Shown here: piece after piece, positions 26,748 to 40,650 of the stretch | Layout: the number at the start of each line of letters is the position of its first letter | Position numbering within the stretch: position 1 is the first letter of the stretch | Origin: Camelus dromedarius | Taxonomy: Eukaryota | DNA: 64,000 nt | Direction of reading: 5' to 3' | Assembly: GCF_036321535.1 (NCBI RefSeq) | Contig: NC_087472.1 | Span: 95,110,001 to 95,174,000 of the forward strand | Notes under the pieces: model-generated | Seen by the model: the letters and a program-made list of their open reading frames with translations, nothing else | Databases searched by the model: none | Told to the model about the DNA's origin: nothing | Program-made: the position numbers and the translations under genes

Positions 26748-27942
26748 AAACTGTATATATTTAAGGTGTACAACATGATAATTTGATATACATAGTGAAA
26801 TGATTACTACACTCATGCTAGTAAACATAGCATCTCCTCACTTCGTTACATTAGTGTGTGTGATAAGAGTACCTGAAATCTACGATTTAAAAAGTTTCCG
26901 GTCTTCAATACAATATTAGTAGGTATAGTCATCATGCTGTACATTGTATCTCTAGACTTTTTATCCTGTGTAACTGCAACTTTGTACCCTTGACCAACAT
27001 CTCCCCATTTCTCCCACCTCCCTACTCCTGGTAACCATCGTTCTACTCTCTGCTTCTATGTGTTGTACTTTTTAGATTCCACATATCAGTGAGATCATAC
27101 AGTTTGTTTTCTTTCTGTGTTGGGCTTATTTTACTTAATATAATGTCTTCCATGTTCGTCCATCTTGTTGCCGAAGGCAGGATCTCCTTTTTTTAAGGCT
27201 GAATAATATTCTGTTGTGTGTAAACACACACACACACACACACACACAGTCACACATGCTCGCAGACACAACATCTTTATGCATTCTTCCACTGATGGAT
27301 ACTCAGGTTGTTTTTATATCTTGGCTATTGTGAATAATGCTGCAGTGAACATGGGAGTGCAGGTATCTCTTCAAGGTACTGATTTCATTCCTTTGGGGAT
27401 ATACCAGGAGTAAGATTACTGGGTTATATGGTAGTTCTATTTTTAGTTTTTTGGAGGAATCTCCATCCTGTTTTCCACAATAGCTGTACCAATTTACATT
27501 CCTACCAATAGTGTATAAGGGTTCTCTTTTCCCCACATCCTCACCAATATTTGTTATCCCTTGTCTTTTTGGTAACATCCATCCTATTAAGTCTGAGATG
27601 AGATCTCGTTGTGGTTTTGATTTGCATTTCTCTGATGATTAGTGATGTCAAGCATCTTTTCATGTGCCTGTTGGTCAGTTTTATGTCTTCTTTGGAAAAA
27701 TGAGTGTTTAGGTATACTGCCTATTTTTTAAGCCAGGTTCTTTGTGTATTGTTATTGACTAACAGGAGTTTCTAATATATTTTGGATATTAACCCCTTAT
27801 CATATATATGGTTTATAAATATTTTCTCTTAATTTATAGATTGCCTTTTCATTTTATTGATTGTTTCCTTTGCTGTGTAAAAACTTTTTACTTTGATGTG
27901 GTACCACTTATTTCTGCTTTTGTTGCCTGAGATTTAGGTGTC
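26748..27942 (-). mobile_element. L1MA-type (L1MA8/9-like) 3' fragment
   Basis: gtatatatttaaggtgtacaacatgataatttgatatac start; ORF2 C-terminal remnant (GEDVGKREPLYTIGRNVNWYS...[16 protein letters not shown]). Confidence 0.9.
27224..27248. repeat. (AC)12 microsatellite within L1 3' region
   Basis: Direct reading of the dinucleotide run. Confidence 0.9.
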
Positions 27943-28169
27943 ATTTTAATAATTTCCTTTTTATAAACTTTGTTTTTAATAATTGCAGTTTATAACTGAA
28001 GTTCTTTGTTACATTTTGTGACTACTTTGATTAAAACTTTCCTACTCCCGTTTTGGACAAAATGCAACTGAATTTTAGAATCATTTAGAAAAACTGTTGC
28101 ATTGACAACATATATGGTCAGTTGATTTTCTATTATACTTGAACAATTCCATATGCAAAAAAAGAGAGC

Positions 28170-29333
28170 GAACACCCACCTATACCTAGGACCACATATG
28201 AAAATTCATTCAAGATGGACCTTCAATATAAATGTAAACTCCAAATTATGAAACTTACAGAAGAAAACATAGAAGAAAATCTTAATTGCCAGGTGTTATC
28301 AAAGATTTCTTATAACACCAAAACATAATGAAAAAAAAAATTGTACTTCATCAAAATTAAGAACTTCTGCTCTTTGAAAGACATTGTTTAGAGGATGAAA
28401 ATAGAAGCCATAATTCTGAAAAATGAGTTTTATCCATGGTATATATAAAAGAATGTATACTTATATGTACACATACACACAAATATGCATACTCGAAACC
28501 TAAAGGAAAACAACAACCCAATGAAAACAAAATGGACAAAAGAGTAAACAGCCACTCATCCAAAGAAGGTAAATGATGGTAAAGATATATAGTTGTGTTA
28601 ATCATTAATCATTAGGGAAATGAACATAAAAACTACTATGAGGTATCACTAAACATGTATTAGAATTTCTAAAATTTAAAAGTCTGACCATACCAAGTAT
28701 TGGCAAGAATATGGAACTAGTGGGACTTGAGTTCACTGCTGATAGGAATGTAACATACTACAACCACTTTGGAAAACAGATTTGAAATTTTTTAGAAAGT
28801 TAAAAATACACATACCATATAATCCAGCCATTCCACTTCTAGAAGAGAAAGTGAATATATGTGCAAAGACTTAGACATGAATGTTCATGACAGCTTTATT
28901 TGTACCATCTTCAGACTGGAGACAATGCAAATCTCCACTAACAGGTGAATGAATAAACAGAATGTGGCATACCAGTCAATGGAATACTACTTTGCAATGA
29001 AAAGCAGTGAGCATGCAGACACATTGATGGCTCTCAAAATAATTATGACGAGTTAGAAAAGACAGACCAAAAAAGAGTATGTACTCTGATTCCATTTATA
29101 TAAAAGTTCTAGAAAAGGCAGACTAATCTGCCTTTTCAGTACTTGCCTGGGAAGTGAGGGTTAAAAGGAAGAATAAAGGAACATTAAGTAATTTTTGGAG
29201 GTGATGCTGATTACCTTATTTATGGTGATGGCTTCAAAGGTATATATACTTACATCAAAACTCATTCAAACTTTATAATTTAAATATGTAATTTTTATTG
29301 TGTGTTAAGTATAACACACCAAAGGTATTAAAA
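28170..29333 (+). mobile_element. Old L1M (L1MD/ME-like) ORF2 end and 3'UTR
   Basis: aaacttacagaagaaaacatagaagaaaatctt, caaccactttggaaaacag, ccatataatccagccattccacttctag, tgattccatttatataaaagttctagaaaaggca. Confidence 0.85.
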
Positions 29334-29359
29334 CTGCATATTTAGTCATCAAAGCTACT

Positions 29360-30600
29360 GGTGAGATAGATGATTTCAAAGGCCAAAACAACAAATGAAT
29401 TTACTTCATACATTTGATGACAGATACATAAAAATGTGTACATTTGAAAATACACCAGCAAAGGAGCTGAAGGTTATTGGCAGTGTGATCAGAAATATTT
29501 GCAGTATTTCTGTCATACGATGTGTTAATGTCTTTAATGTATGACAAGGGTTTGAAGTATGAACATGAAGTAGAAAATTAATTAAAAGGCATAGATGTGC
29601 AAATCAGTAGGAATAAAGCAGAAATCATCAGTAAGTATATTTTAAACACCATACCTCAGTAGTTGTAAAAATTCATATTTAAAAATAATAAACCATTTCT
29701 TAAATTGCCAAATATGTTTAAAAAATGTCAATACCGAGTGTTGTCTCCACAAAGAATATTTGGTTGTCCCCATACATTGTTCCTACCTAGATTTCCAAGT
29801 GTCAATATATTCAAAATCCTTAAAACATGCCCTGAACAGCAACTCTACTTTTATAAAATTACTCCAAAAAATCATTATAGATATGTTCATGTATAAAGAT
29901 TTAACAGCAAATACATGCTGTTGATATTAGGAAACAACTTACATACCCAAGAGTGAAAAATTGATTGGGACAGCTGTGGTGCATGCATAGGATGGAATAC
30001 ATTTGCCGCCTCGTGTTTCTTGATATTCAAATAGCATAGCAAAATGTTTGGAGTGCAGGTTTTGAATACATGCAACCTGTGACACCACTTACTCCTTTGA
30101 TACCTTCCTTACAAGGCATACGTTGTTTAACGTACCCAAGTCTCAGTTGCTTGTTATGTAAAGATGGTGATAATTATAACACTTATCTCACAGGCTTCTG
30201 AATGTTATATATGGTAAAGGATTTATAGGGATCATGAATGTCAGCCATTATCATTAAATGAAAATGTTTAAAACAGTATTTTTTATGTATGCAAAAAGTA
30301 TACACATATATTAACAGTAGTTAACCCTGAGTCTTGGAGTTATACATAATTTTCAGATTTTTCTTTCCTATGTTAATTTTACAGTAAGCAAGTATAATAT
30401 TTAAAAATTAATGAAAACACATTTTTTATAAACCTAGAATAATTTCCATGAAGATCAGTAGTGTTTAATTTGGAGTATTTGGGCCTGTGAGTAATTTTTA
30501 ACATCTCTATGTTTTCCAAATTTGCTACATTTATAAATAGAAAAAGACAGACAGTTAATATGAGATTTCTTGATATTTCAAACATTTAATATGAGAATGC
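29360..30600 (+). mobile_element. Highly decayed L1ME-like relic with nested MIR (about 30040-30255)
   Basis: ggaaacaacttacatacccaa...atggaatacatttgc L1 motifs; MIR-like tctcagttgcttgttatgtaaagatggtgataattataacacttatctcacagg. Confidence 0.5.
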
Positions 30601-32669
30601 ACTTGTATTGTATTACTGAGATAAAGTAGTTGTTAAATGAATGCACTAGAAAAGCCATGTTTATTAAGTTCTCCAAAAGAGTGAGGCACCTTATTAAAAT
30701 TGTGGGTTTTCATTCAATATACTATTGTGGATTGACTTTAATATATAGTCGTCAATCTATACTGCCTCTGAACTTGTGCAGTTTCCTGAGATAATCTGAA
30801 AATATCAAGGTCCAATTGCCAATGAACTTCTTTCCTTATTTGTAGAAGAGGGATAATGAATCATCTTAACTGCCACCACAGGATTGTTGCGACTATCATA
30901 TGTGGAGAAAGGTCCTGATAAAAGAAATATCCTGTGGAAATATAAAATTTTTTTATCAGGAAAATCATCAAATATTTGTTCCATATTCTTTTAATAAGCT
31001 GAAAGCATACTAAAAATTGCTAATCAGGAACAACCCCACACTCCAATCTGGTGAATACTAGCTTCTATATCAGAGATAAAAACATACAATGACTAAAAGT
31101 GGATGGAAGTGTATTTCTTTCTCATGGAAGTGTGACAACCAGACTGGATGTGTAGCTTAACGCCATCTAGATATTCAGTAGTAAAGGTACTGTTGGTGCT
31201 TTGCCATCCCCTCTATACAGCCATCCTCTGCATGGTTGTAGCTGTCCCCTGCCTCATTTGGCTTCCAGCTTGTGTGAAGAGGAAGTAGAGGAAATCCAGA
31301 TCAAGCAAAAATTGCTTGTGCTAATGTCTTATTAGCAAGAACGTAGTTGAGCAACCATACGTAGCTGCAAAGGAGGCTGGGCGGTGTGGTCTCCAGTTGG
31401 GTTACCCTCTATGACCAGGGAGAAAGCTACAGCAGATTTATAGGGCATGAGTAGCAATTGAATGCATCACCTTACACAGCACATCTGGCCACTTCCAGCC
31501 ACTGAATCCAACAGTAACACTTGAGGGAATTTCCTGGAATTCATGTTTAAGTTTGCTGTGCGCCTCAGTCATGCTGCTTATCTTTTTCTAGTTGTGAAAA
31601 GTCTTTATTCTACAAGCTATATTTTAGTATAAGACAAAAAAGAACAATTTTGACAAGTCTTCTGTATTTTACAGGGGTTTTACCGCTTCTAGTCACAAAA
31701 GAACTCTGCCCCATCATCAGATGTCTTGCTTGTCAATAGCTCCCTGTGTGAAACTTCATGAGTGCTATGGAAGAAAGTAGTGTTTGAAGTTGGGTAACTT
31801 TGATGATGTCTGTAAGGAATCGGGAAAAAAAGTGAGGGAGAGAAGAGTGTTTGAGCTATTTCAGAGAAAAACACGTTTTATACAAAAAGCCTATAATGCA
31901 GCTTAAAAATTTGGCAAAATACCCAAGAGGTAGTTTAACATGCCTTAGTAATGGAAGGTTGCTTTAATACTGCTCATGAGAAAGCAGTTCCTTTGTTAAA
32001 GGGCTTTCCAATTGAATGAGTATGCCCTGTGCTTACCTTAGGAGGCCTTCCTTTCCTAGGAACTGATATTCATTGCTTAATGCATACCTGGAGACAGACC
32101 TAACCTTGATTTCTCAAGGAAAAGAAAAAAAAAAAAACTTCACCTTTGATTTGAAAAATGGACTTAATAGATCAACCTGTTAAGCCTTTTGTTATTCTTA
32201 GGTGTTATTGCCGGGATTAGGAATAACCTCACATTATTCAGAATTCCCTCTGTTTCCAGAAGCATGTGGTTTGGGACAGAAGGTCTCCAATCTAATTTCA
32301 GAATTTCCATGGCTGCTATAAATTACTTTGGGCAGAAAGGTGGCAGCAGACAAAGGTCCTATGAAATACATCATTTTAAATGTCATGAAGAGAATCAATA
32401 ATCAAGGTTTGTAATGCAAAGTTTCTTTTAGCGGATACAGGAATGAAGAGAGGTTCTATAAATTTTCGAAGGTCTCCTGTCTGATCCCCACAAAAGGAAT
32501 TAATAGTGAACAGGATGAGGGACCTGAAAAAATTACAATAATTCCTCCATTATTTGAAGTATGAAAAATAATGGGAAGTTCTAAGAATGTATCAGTGTCA
32601 TTAAGCAGCTGTTTCAGAAACTGAAAAATAAGGGTGGCAGGAAGTCATCATACTGAGAAATCAGATGTG

Positions 32670-33600
32670 CTTTTTTTTTAAGTAAACGTTTTACAAAAAT
32701 ACAACATTCAAAAAACAAAAGGACACAAGGACACTCTGGGAGGTGTTGGATATGTCTATGACCTTGATTGTGGTGATAGTTTGCTTGCCTATATCCAGAC
32801 TCATCAAATTGTACAAATTAAGTATGTGCAATTTGTACATCAATTATACTTCAATAAGCTTTTAAAAATATAACATGCAGAAAAGTACCCAAATCTAGAT
32901 TGTACAGTGTGATACATTTTCACTGAATAAACACCTTCATATAACCACCACCCTGATCAAAAAGTACGTTACCAACACCTTTGAGGTCCCACTCCAGCTC
33001 ATTTCCACTAAGTGGCACCATGAAAGCAACCATCCTGATTTCTAACACCTTATATTCGTATTGCTTTGTCTTGAACGTTATGGAAATGCAATTATATGGT
33101 GTGTACCCTTTGGCCTGTCGTCTTCTGCTAAAAATTATGTTGATGCTCATTGACATTCGGGTGTATGGCAGTTATTTTAATCCTTCTTGTTGCCGTATAA
33201 TGTTCAATTGTGGGTTTTCCTCAATTTGTTTATTCTTTCTAGAGTTGATGTGCACTTAGATTGCTTCCAGTTTAGAGATCATATGAATAATACTGCTCTG
33301 AACACCTTTGTGTGTATCTTCTGATGCATGTACATAAATTCATTACTTTGTGTTACATACTTAGGAGTTGAATTCCTTCGTCATAGAGTATACACATGTT
33401 CAGATTTATAATATAATGTCAAGGAGGCTTCCAAAGAAACTGTACCAGTATAAACTCTGTCCAACAGGATATGAAAGTTCCAGTTACTCTACAGCCTCAA
33501 CAGTCCTTGAAATTGTCAAGCATTTTAGCTTTATGCATTCTTATTGGCATATAGTTATAACTCCTTTTGCTTTTAAATTTGCTTTAAAGATAGAAAATAT
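32670..33600 (-). mobile_element. Old L1ME-like 3' fragment
   Basis: cactgaataaacaccttcatataaccaccacc, ttagattgcttccagtttag, ttacatacttaggagttgaattcc. Confidence 0.75.
32711..32863 (+). mobile_element. Short L1 3' terminus nested antisense in the L1ME-like relic
   Basis: ggacacaagg...ccttgattgtggtgatag...caattatacttcaataagct; TSD aaaaata(c/t)aacat(t/g)ca at 32695-32710 and 32864-32879. Confidence 0.8.
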
Positions 33601-34672
33601 ATATTATGTATGTTTATATAGAAAAATATATATGAATTTACATTCAATACGTTGATCAATATATGACTTAGGGACAGTTATATAAGTAAATACAATCAAT
33701 CATTGCAAATTTCAAGCATTCTAATATATATATAGAGAGATCTATATATACATACTTTTTTCTCTAGAAGTATATGAAGAGATTGACTTTAGTTGGTGAC
33801 TTATTTATATACTTTATCTTAGTAGCATTTTATTCATCTTAGTGGACATTTTATGACCTTCATTATCCCTCAGGAACCAAATGAAACATTTTCTACATTT
33901 CCAATCCAGTGAATTGGGTATATCATAAAATACAATCAAATTATTGAGAAAAACAGTTTAAATTAATAACACATGCTGGGTCTCTATCAAAGTTTGGTTC
34001 AAGAAGTTTATTTTCTTTTTCATTTAAGGAGTTGGGCCATTATGCTGCAACTAATGGGAAATTAATAGATTTTTTAAGTTCTGCAAGAAATAAGGGTCTT
34101 AAACCCCTACATTATCTTTAATTATAAAATGCTATGGTTGATTTCCTTCAATGTTGATCTGTACAACAAGGGTTTAATTTTAAATAGATGTAAACTTTTC
34201 ATTAAAGCACAAGGAAAATTTGGTTTATTCCTAAAAATTTTCACAAATTAAATCAAGTCTGTAATTTAACACTCATAGATATACTGCTAAAGAAGTACTT
34301 GATATAAAAATCAAAATGTCCTGATATTTCACTACTTTGAGACTTCATTGAGAGAAACGAGGTAGACACTGATTATCACTGTTTGCATAGGTCCAGAAAA
34401 GAATCTTAGAAATAATAGCAAGGGCTTCTTGAATTGCTTTTATTCTTTGTTATAACATAGTCTGATTATAAGGTGGACTAACCTGTGAGCCCTCAAATGA
34501 TCTAAGGCTAGAATCACTGAATGTGGACTATGGACCCACAGATAATAACTCAATAATATTTGTTTATCCTTTGAGCAATTGGAGCAATTTATCATCACTG
34601 TGTTTAAGATGACTATCTTATTGCCAGCCGTGCAATATTTTGTCTGCTTTGTCAAGAAAACTCCAATCCTCT

Positions 34673-35104
34673 TGGGGTAGACTGAAGTTTGATCCCAATG
34701 CTTTCCTCCTTGTATCGTATCTTTTCTCATGTGACTTTGTAATTCCTCCCACCAGAGACAGAGTTTACTCTCCCTCCCTTTGACTTTGGGCTCAACCATG
34801 TGACTTGTGTTGGCCAAAATGTTTTAGCAGAAGTGATGTTAACAAAGGCATGAAATCTACTTCTTTGGTAGGGTTTACCTTCTTGCAATTCTGCCGTTAT
34901 AATGAGAAGAGACTGGATCTCAGAGTGAACTTACATTGAGTAAAATGGAGCAAGGAACCATACCCAGCAGAACTTTCCATTTGAAGGCAAGATCACCCAA
35001 TTTGCAGTCAACTTGCATATCCATGAGTGTGAAAATAAATGCCTCTGGTTGCATGCCAACAAGTTGGTTATTCTGCATTCTTGTGGCAATAGATAACTGA
35101 TATA
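34673..35104 (+). mobile_element. MLT1 (MaLR; H/I-like) solo LTR
   Basis: ttgactttgggctcaaccatgtgacttgtgttggccaa, aataaatg and terminal gtggcaatagataactgatata. Confidence 0.8.
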
Positions 35105-35689
35105 ATCCTTAAACATAGATATCATGTTTAATTCAGGTTTGGCCATAGCATGTATCCAAGTGAATTTAGTAAGTAAACTATAAATGACTACAGAATGAAA
35201 TATATGAAAAGACCTATTTTCAAAAGCCTAAGCTCTAAAGACTTTTCTGCTCAGTATTTTATAATGAAAATTTAAACACAAAAGTTGAAAGAATTGTATG
35301 GGAAACATCCATTTACTCATCACCTGAATTTGCAAACTGAACATGAACTTTCCAGATGCCATTTATAATAACTGAATGAAACTAGTTAAAGAATGTAGTG
35401 GAACATAAATTATGGTTATTACATATCATCATTTCTTTCTTTTTTTATTATTTTAAAAATTTACATGTGTGTCCTATTCATTGTTTCTAAGAACAGTTTA
35501 GAGCCTTATTTTTTTAAACTTACATAGTTAACAAAGGAATACATCCAACCACAAAATAAGAATCAACAAAATGCAATAATCCAATCATAAAGGACAGTCA
35601 AATGTGCTTACAGCATATTCAAGAAATCAGTCATCTAAGCTACAAATAAGTAGTTCATTTGTGTCCTTTTTTATTTTAGAGTCCACAAA

Positions 35690-38600
35690 TAAGCAATATC
35701 ATACGGTATTTTTCTTCTTCTTTCTGGCTTACTTCACTTAGAATGTCAATCTCCAGGTCCACCCATGTTACTGTAAATGGCATTATTTCATTCTTTTTTA
35801 TGGCTGAGTAGTATTCCATTATATATAATACACACACACATACACATATATACATACATACCACTTCTTCTTTATCCAGTCATCTATTGATGGACATTTG
35901 GGTTGTTTCCATGTCTTGACTATTGTAAATAGTGCTGCTATGAACATAGGGGTGCATGTGTCTTTTTGAACTATATTTTTTTTTGGGTATATGGCCAGGA
36001 GTGGGATTGCTGGATCATATGTTAAGTCTATTTTTAGTTTTTTAAGGAACCTCCATACTGTCCTCCATAGTGGCTGCATCAGTTTACATTCCCACCAGCA
36101 GTGTAGGAGGGTTCCTTTTTCTCCACACCCTCTCCAGTATTTATCATTTGTAGACTTTTTAATGATGGCCTTTCTGACTGGTATGAGGTGATACCTCACT
36201 GTAGTCTTGATTTGCATTTCTCTAACAATTAGTGATGTTGAGCATCTCTTCATGTGCTCATTGGCCATCTGGATGTCTTCTTTGAAGAGATGTTTATTTT
36301 GGTCTTCTGCCCATTTTTTGATTGGGTTGCTTGTGTTTTTGCTATTAAGCTGTACGAGCTATTTGTATATTTTGGCAATTAGTCCCTTGTCAGTGACATC
36401 ATTTGCAAATATTTTCTCCCATTCTGTAGGTTGTCTTTTCGTTTGTTGATCGTATCCTTCGCTGTGCAAAAGCTTTTAAGTTTAATTAGGTCCCATTTGT
36501 CTATTTTTGCTTTTATTTCCATTACTCTGTTACTAGCTGGTTCAAAAAAAAAATTGCTGTGATTTATGTCCAAGAGTGTTCTGCTTATGTTTTCCTCTAG
36601 GAGTTTTATAGTATCTGGTCTTACATTTAAGTCTTTAATCCATTTTGAGTTTATTTTTGTATATGGTCTTAGAGAATGTTCTAACTTCAGTCTTTTACAT
36701 GTAGCTGTCTGGTTTTCCCAGCACCACTTATTGAAAAGACTGTCTTTTCTCCATTGTATATTCTTGCCTCCTTTGTTGTAGCTTAATTGACTGTAAGTGT
36801 GTGGGTTTATTTCTGGACTTTCCTATTTCATTGATCTGTGTGTCTGTTTTTGTGCCAGTACCATACTGTTTTTATTACTGCAGCTTTGTAGTATAGTCTG
36901 AAGTCAGGGAGCATGATTCTCTCTGCTCCATTCTTCTTTTTCAGAATTGTTTTGGCTATTCAGGGTCTTTTGTGTTTTCATACAGATTTTAACATTTTTT
37001 GTTTCAGCTCTGTGAAAAATATTGTTGGTAATTTGATAGAGATTGCACTGAATCTGTACATTGCCTTGGGTCATATGGCCATTTTAACAATATTGGTTCT
37101 TCCATCCAAGAACATGGTTTATCTTTCCATTTGTTTATGTAACCTTCATTTTCTTTCATAAGTGTCTTAAAGTTTTTGGAGTACAGGTCTTTTGCCTCCT
37201 TGGGTAGGTTTATTCCTAGGTATTTTAATCATTTTGGTGTTATGGTAAATGATATTGTTTCCTAAATTTCTTTCTTTTTTTTTTTTCTTTTTTTTTTTTT
37301 TGCTGTTTCTGCTATAGAAATGCAACTGATTTCGGTATATTAACTTCATATCCTGCAACTTTACTAAATTTATTGATGAGTTCTAGTAGTTTTCTGGTCA
37401 CTTCTTTAGAGGTTTCTATGTATAGTATCATGTCATCTACAAATAGTGACAGTTTTACTTCTTCATTTCCAGTTTGAATTCCTTTTATTTCCTTTCCTTG
37501 TCTGATTGCTATGGCTAGGTCTTCCAAAACTATGCTGAATAAAAGTGACGAGAGTGGGCATCCTTGTCTTGTTTCTGATCTTAGAGGAAATGCTTTCAGC
37601 TATTTCCCGTTAAGTATAATGCTAGCCTTGGGTTTGTTATATGTGGACTTTATTATGGTGAGGTATGTTCTGTCTATGCCTAGTTTCTGGAGAGTTTTTA
37701 TCATAAATGGATGTTGAATTTTATTAAAAGCTTTCTCTGAATCTATTGAAATGATCATATAGTTTTTATTCTTCAATTTGCTAATGTGGTGTATCACACT
37801 GATTGATTTGTGGATATTGAAAAATCCCTTCATTCCTGGGATGAATCCCACTTGATCATGGTGTATGATCCTTTTAATGCATTGTTGGAGTCAATTTGCT
37901 AGTATTTTTTGAGGATTTTTGCATCTATATTCATAAGTGATATTGACCTGTAATTTCCTTTTATTATGGTATCTTTGTCTGGTTTTGGTATCAGGGTGAT
38001 GATGGCCTCATAGAATGAGTTTGAAAGTGTTCCTTTCTCTGCAGTTTTTTGGAATAGTTTCAGAAGGATAGGTGTTAACTCTTCTCTAAATGTCTGGTAG
38101 AATTCACATGTAAAGCCATCTGGTCCTGGACTTTGGCTGGGAGTTTTTAAATTGCTGATTCCATTTCAGTACTGGTATTTGGTCTGTTCATATTGTCTCT
38201 TTCTGGTTCAGTCTTGGCAAATTGTACCTTTCTAAGATATTGTCCATTTCTTCTATGTTGTCTTTTTTGTTGGCATATAGTTGCTCATAGTAGCCTCTTA
38301 CAATCCCTTGTATTTCTGTGGTGTCAGTTGTAACTTAGTTTTTCATTTCTGATTTTATTAATTTGGGCCCTCTCCTTTTTTTTCTTGATGAGTCTGACTA
38401 AAGGTTTTTCAATTTTGTTCATCTTTTGATAGAACCAGCTCTTAGTTTCATTGATCTTTTCTATTATTTTTTAGTCTATTTCTGCTCTGATCTTTATGAT
38501 TTCTTCTACTAATTTTCGATTTTGTTTGTTCTTTCTCTAGCTGCCTTAGACATAAGGTTAGGCTGGTTTTTCTTTTACCATTAATATATATTTTTTCATT

Positions 38601-39560
38601 GAAGTATAGTCATTTTACATTGTTATGTCAATTTCTGGTGTACAGCAAAATGCTTCAGTCATACATGAACATACATATATTCATTTTCATATTCTTTTCT
38701 GCCATAAGTTACTACAAGATACTGAATATAGTCCCCTTTGCCATACAAGTTAGGTTGTTTATTTGAGATTTTTCTTATTTCCTGAGGTAGACTTGTATCG
38801 CTATAAACATCCCTCTTAGAACTGCTTTTGCTGCAACGCAGACATTGCAGATTGTTGTGTTTTCTTTTGCATTTGTCTCAGAGTATTTTTGATTTCTTCT
38901 TTCATTTCTTCAGTGATCCATTGGTTGTTTAGTAGCATATTGTTCAGCCTCTACGTGTTTGCAGTTTTTGTGGGTTTTTTTCTTGTAGCATTATGGTAGT
39001 AAAAGATGCTTGGTATGATTTCAGTTTTCCTAAATTTACTGAGGCTAGCTTTGTGGGACAGCATGTGATCGATTCTGGAGAATGTTCCATATGCAATTGA
39101 GAAGAATGTGTATTCTATTGCTTTCAGATAGAATGCTCTATAAATATCAATTAAGTCCATGTGGTCTAATGTGTCATTTAGGGCCTGTATTTCCTTATTG
39201 ATTTTCTGTCTGGATGATCTGTCCACTGATGTAAGTAGTGTTAAAGTCCCCCATTAATATTGTGTTATTGTCAATTTCTCCTTTTAGGTCTGTTAACAAT
39301 TGCCTTATATATTGAGATGCTCCTGTGTGGGGTGCATATATATTTACAATTGTTGTCCTATTCTTGGATTGATCCCTTAAGCATTATGTATTGTCTTTCT
39401 TTGTCTCTTTGTCTTTAATTTTAAAATCTATTTTGTCTGGTATAAGCATTGCTACACCAGCTTTCTTTTGGTTTCTGTTTGCATAGAATATCTTTTTCCA
39501 TCCCCTGCATGTGTCTCTAGCTCTCAAGTGAGTCTCTTGTAGACAGTGTGTTTGTATATA
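35690..39560 (-). pseudogene. Disrupted L1 ORF2 (endonuclease / reverse transcriptase)
   Basis: Colinear ORF-track pieces 39384-39581, 38951-39226, 37600-37851, 37312-37527, 36379-36573 and 35819-36268, separated by stops, frameshifts and a nested insertion. Confidence 0.9.
38569..38748 (-). mobile_element. Younger L1 3' terminus (about 180 nt) nested in L1 ORF2
   Basis: Closely similar to 6982-7145; imperfect TSD gttagg(c/t)tg(g/t)tt at 38557-38568 and 38749-38760. Confidence 0.85.
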
Positions 39561-39611
39561 TATATACACACACACACACATATATATATATTATATATAT
39601 AATATATATAT
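39555..39611. repeat. Compound (TA)n(CA)n(TA)n microsatellite in the start of L1 ORF2
   Basis: Direct reading. Confidence 0.85.
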
Positions 39612-39770
39612 CTTGGTTTTGTATCCATTCAGCCAGTCTACATATTTTGGTTTGAGCGTTTAATCTATTTAAGGTAATTATCGATATGTATGTTCTTATT
39701 GCTATTTTGTTAATTGTTTGGGGTTTGTTATTTGTAGGTCTTTTTTTCCTCTTTTCTTGTGGTTTGATGA

Positions 39771-40650
39771 CTAGAGAAGTTCCTTTAGAATTTGTTGTAA
39801 AGCTGGTTTAGTAGTGCTGAATTCTTTTAGGTTTTGTTTATCTGTGAAGTTTTTGATTTCTCCATCAAATCTGAACAAGAGCCTTGCTGGATAGAGTATT
39901 CTTGGTTGTAAGTTTTTCCCTTTCATCACTTTAAATATATTGTGCCACTCCCTTCTGGCCTGTAGAGTTTCTGCTGAAAACTCATCTGATAACCTTATGG
40001 GAGTTCCCTTGTATGTTGTTGGTTGCTTTTCTCTTATTGATTTTAATATTTTCTCCTTATCCTTAATTTTTGTCAATTTGATTACTGTGTGCCTTGGTGT
40101 GTTCCTTTTTGGGTTGATCCTGTGTAGAACTCTCTGCATCTCCTGGACTTGGGTGATTGTTTCCCAAGTTTATGATTATAATTTCTTCAAAACTTTTCTC
40201 ATGTCCTTTCTCTCTCTCTTCTCTTTCTGGGACCTCTATAATGTGAATATAATTTTTTTTTTTTATGTAGTCTAGATTTCTCTTAAACTATCCTCATTTC
40301 TTTTCATTCTTTCTTCTTTTTTTCTGTTCTGCAGTAGTGATTTCCACTAATCTGTCTTTTAGCTCACTAATCCATTCTTCTGTCTCATTTAGTCTATTGG
40401 TTCCTTCTAGTGTGTTATTCATTTCAGTGATTCTATTCTTCAACTCTGGGTATTCTTTATATTTTCCATCTTTTTGCTAAAAACTTCAGTCTGTGCATCT
40501 ATACTCCTCTTCAGTTCTCTAAACATCTTCGCCATAATTACTCTAAACTCTTCCTCAGATAAATTGCCTATCTCCTCATTACTTATTTCTTTTTCTGGGA
40601 TTTTATCTTGTGCCTTGGTCTGGAAGATATTTCTCTGCTGCCTCATATTG
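39771..40650 (-). pseudogene. Disrupted L1 ORF1 (RNA-binding protein)
   Basis: MRQQRNIFQTK...LSEEEFRVIMAKMFREL and RINPKRNTPRHTVIKL...YKGTPIRLSDEFSAETLQARREW...PRILYPARL...KPALQQILKELL; the middle is broken. Confidence 0.92.

Noticed and set aside
38569..38748. Idea that the nested L1 terminus is the host L1's displaced missing 3' end
   Set aside because: It has its own tail and TSD, covers only part of the missing region and matches another independent copy, so a later insertion is the simpler explanation.
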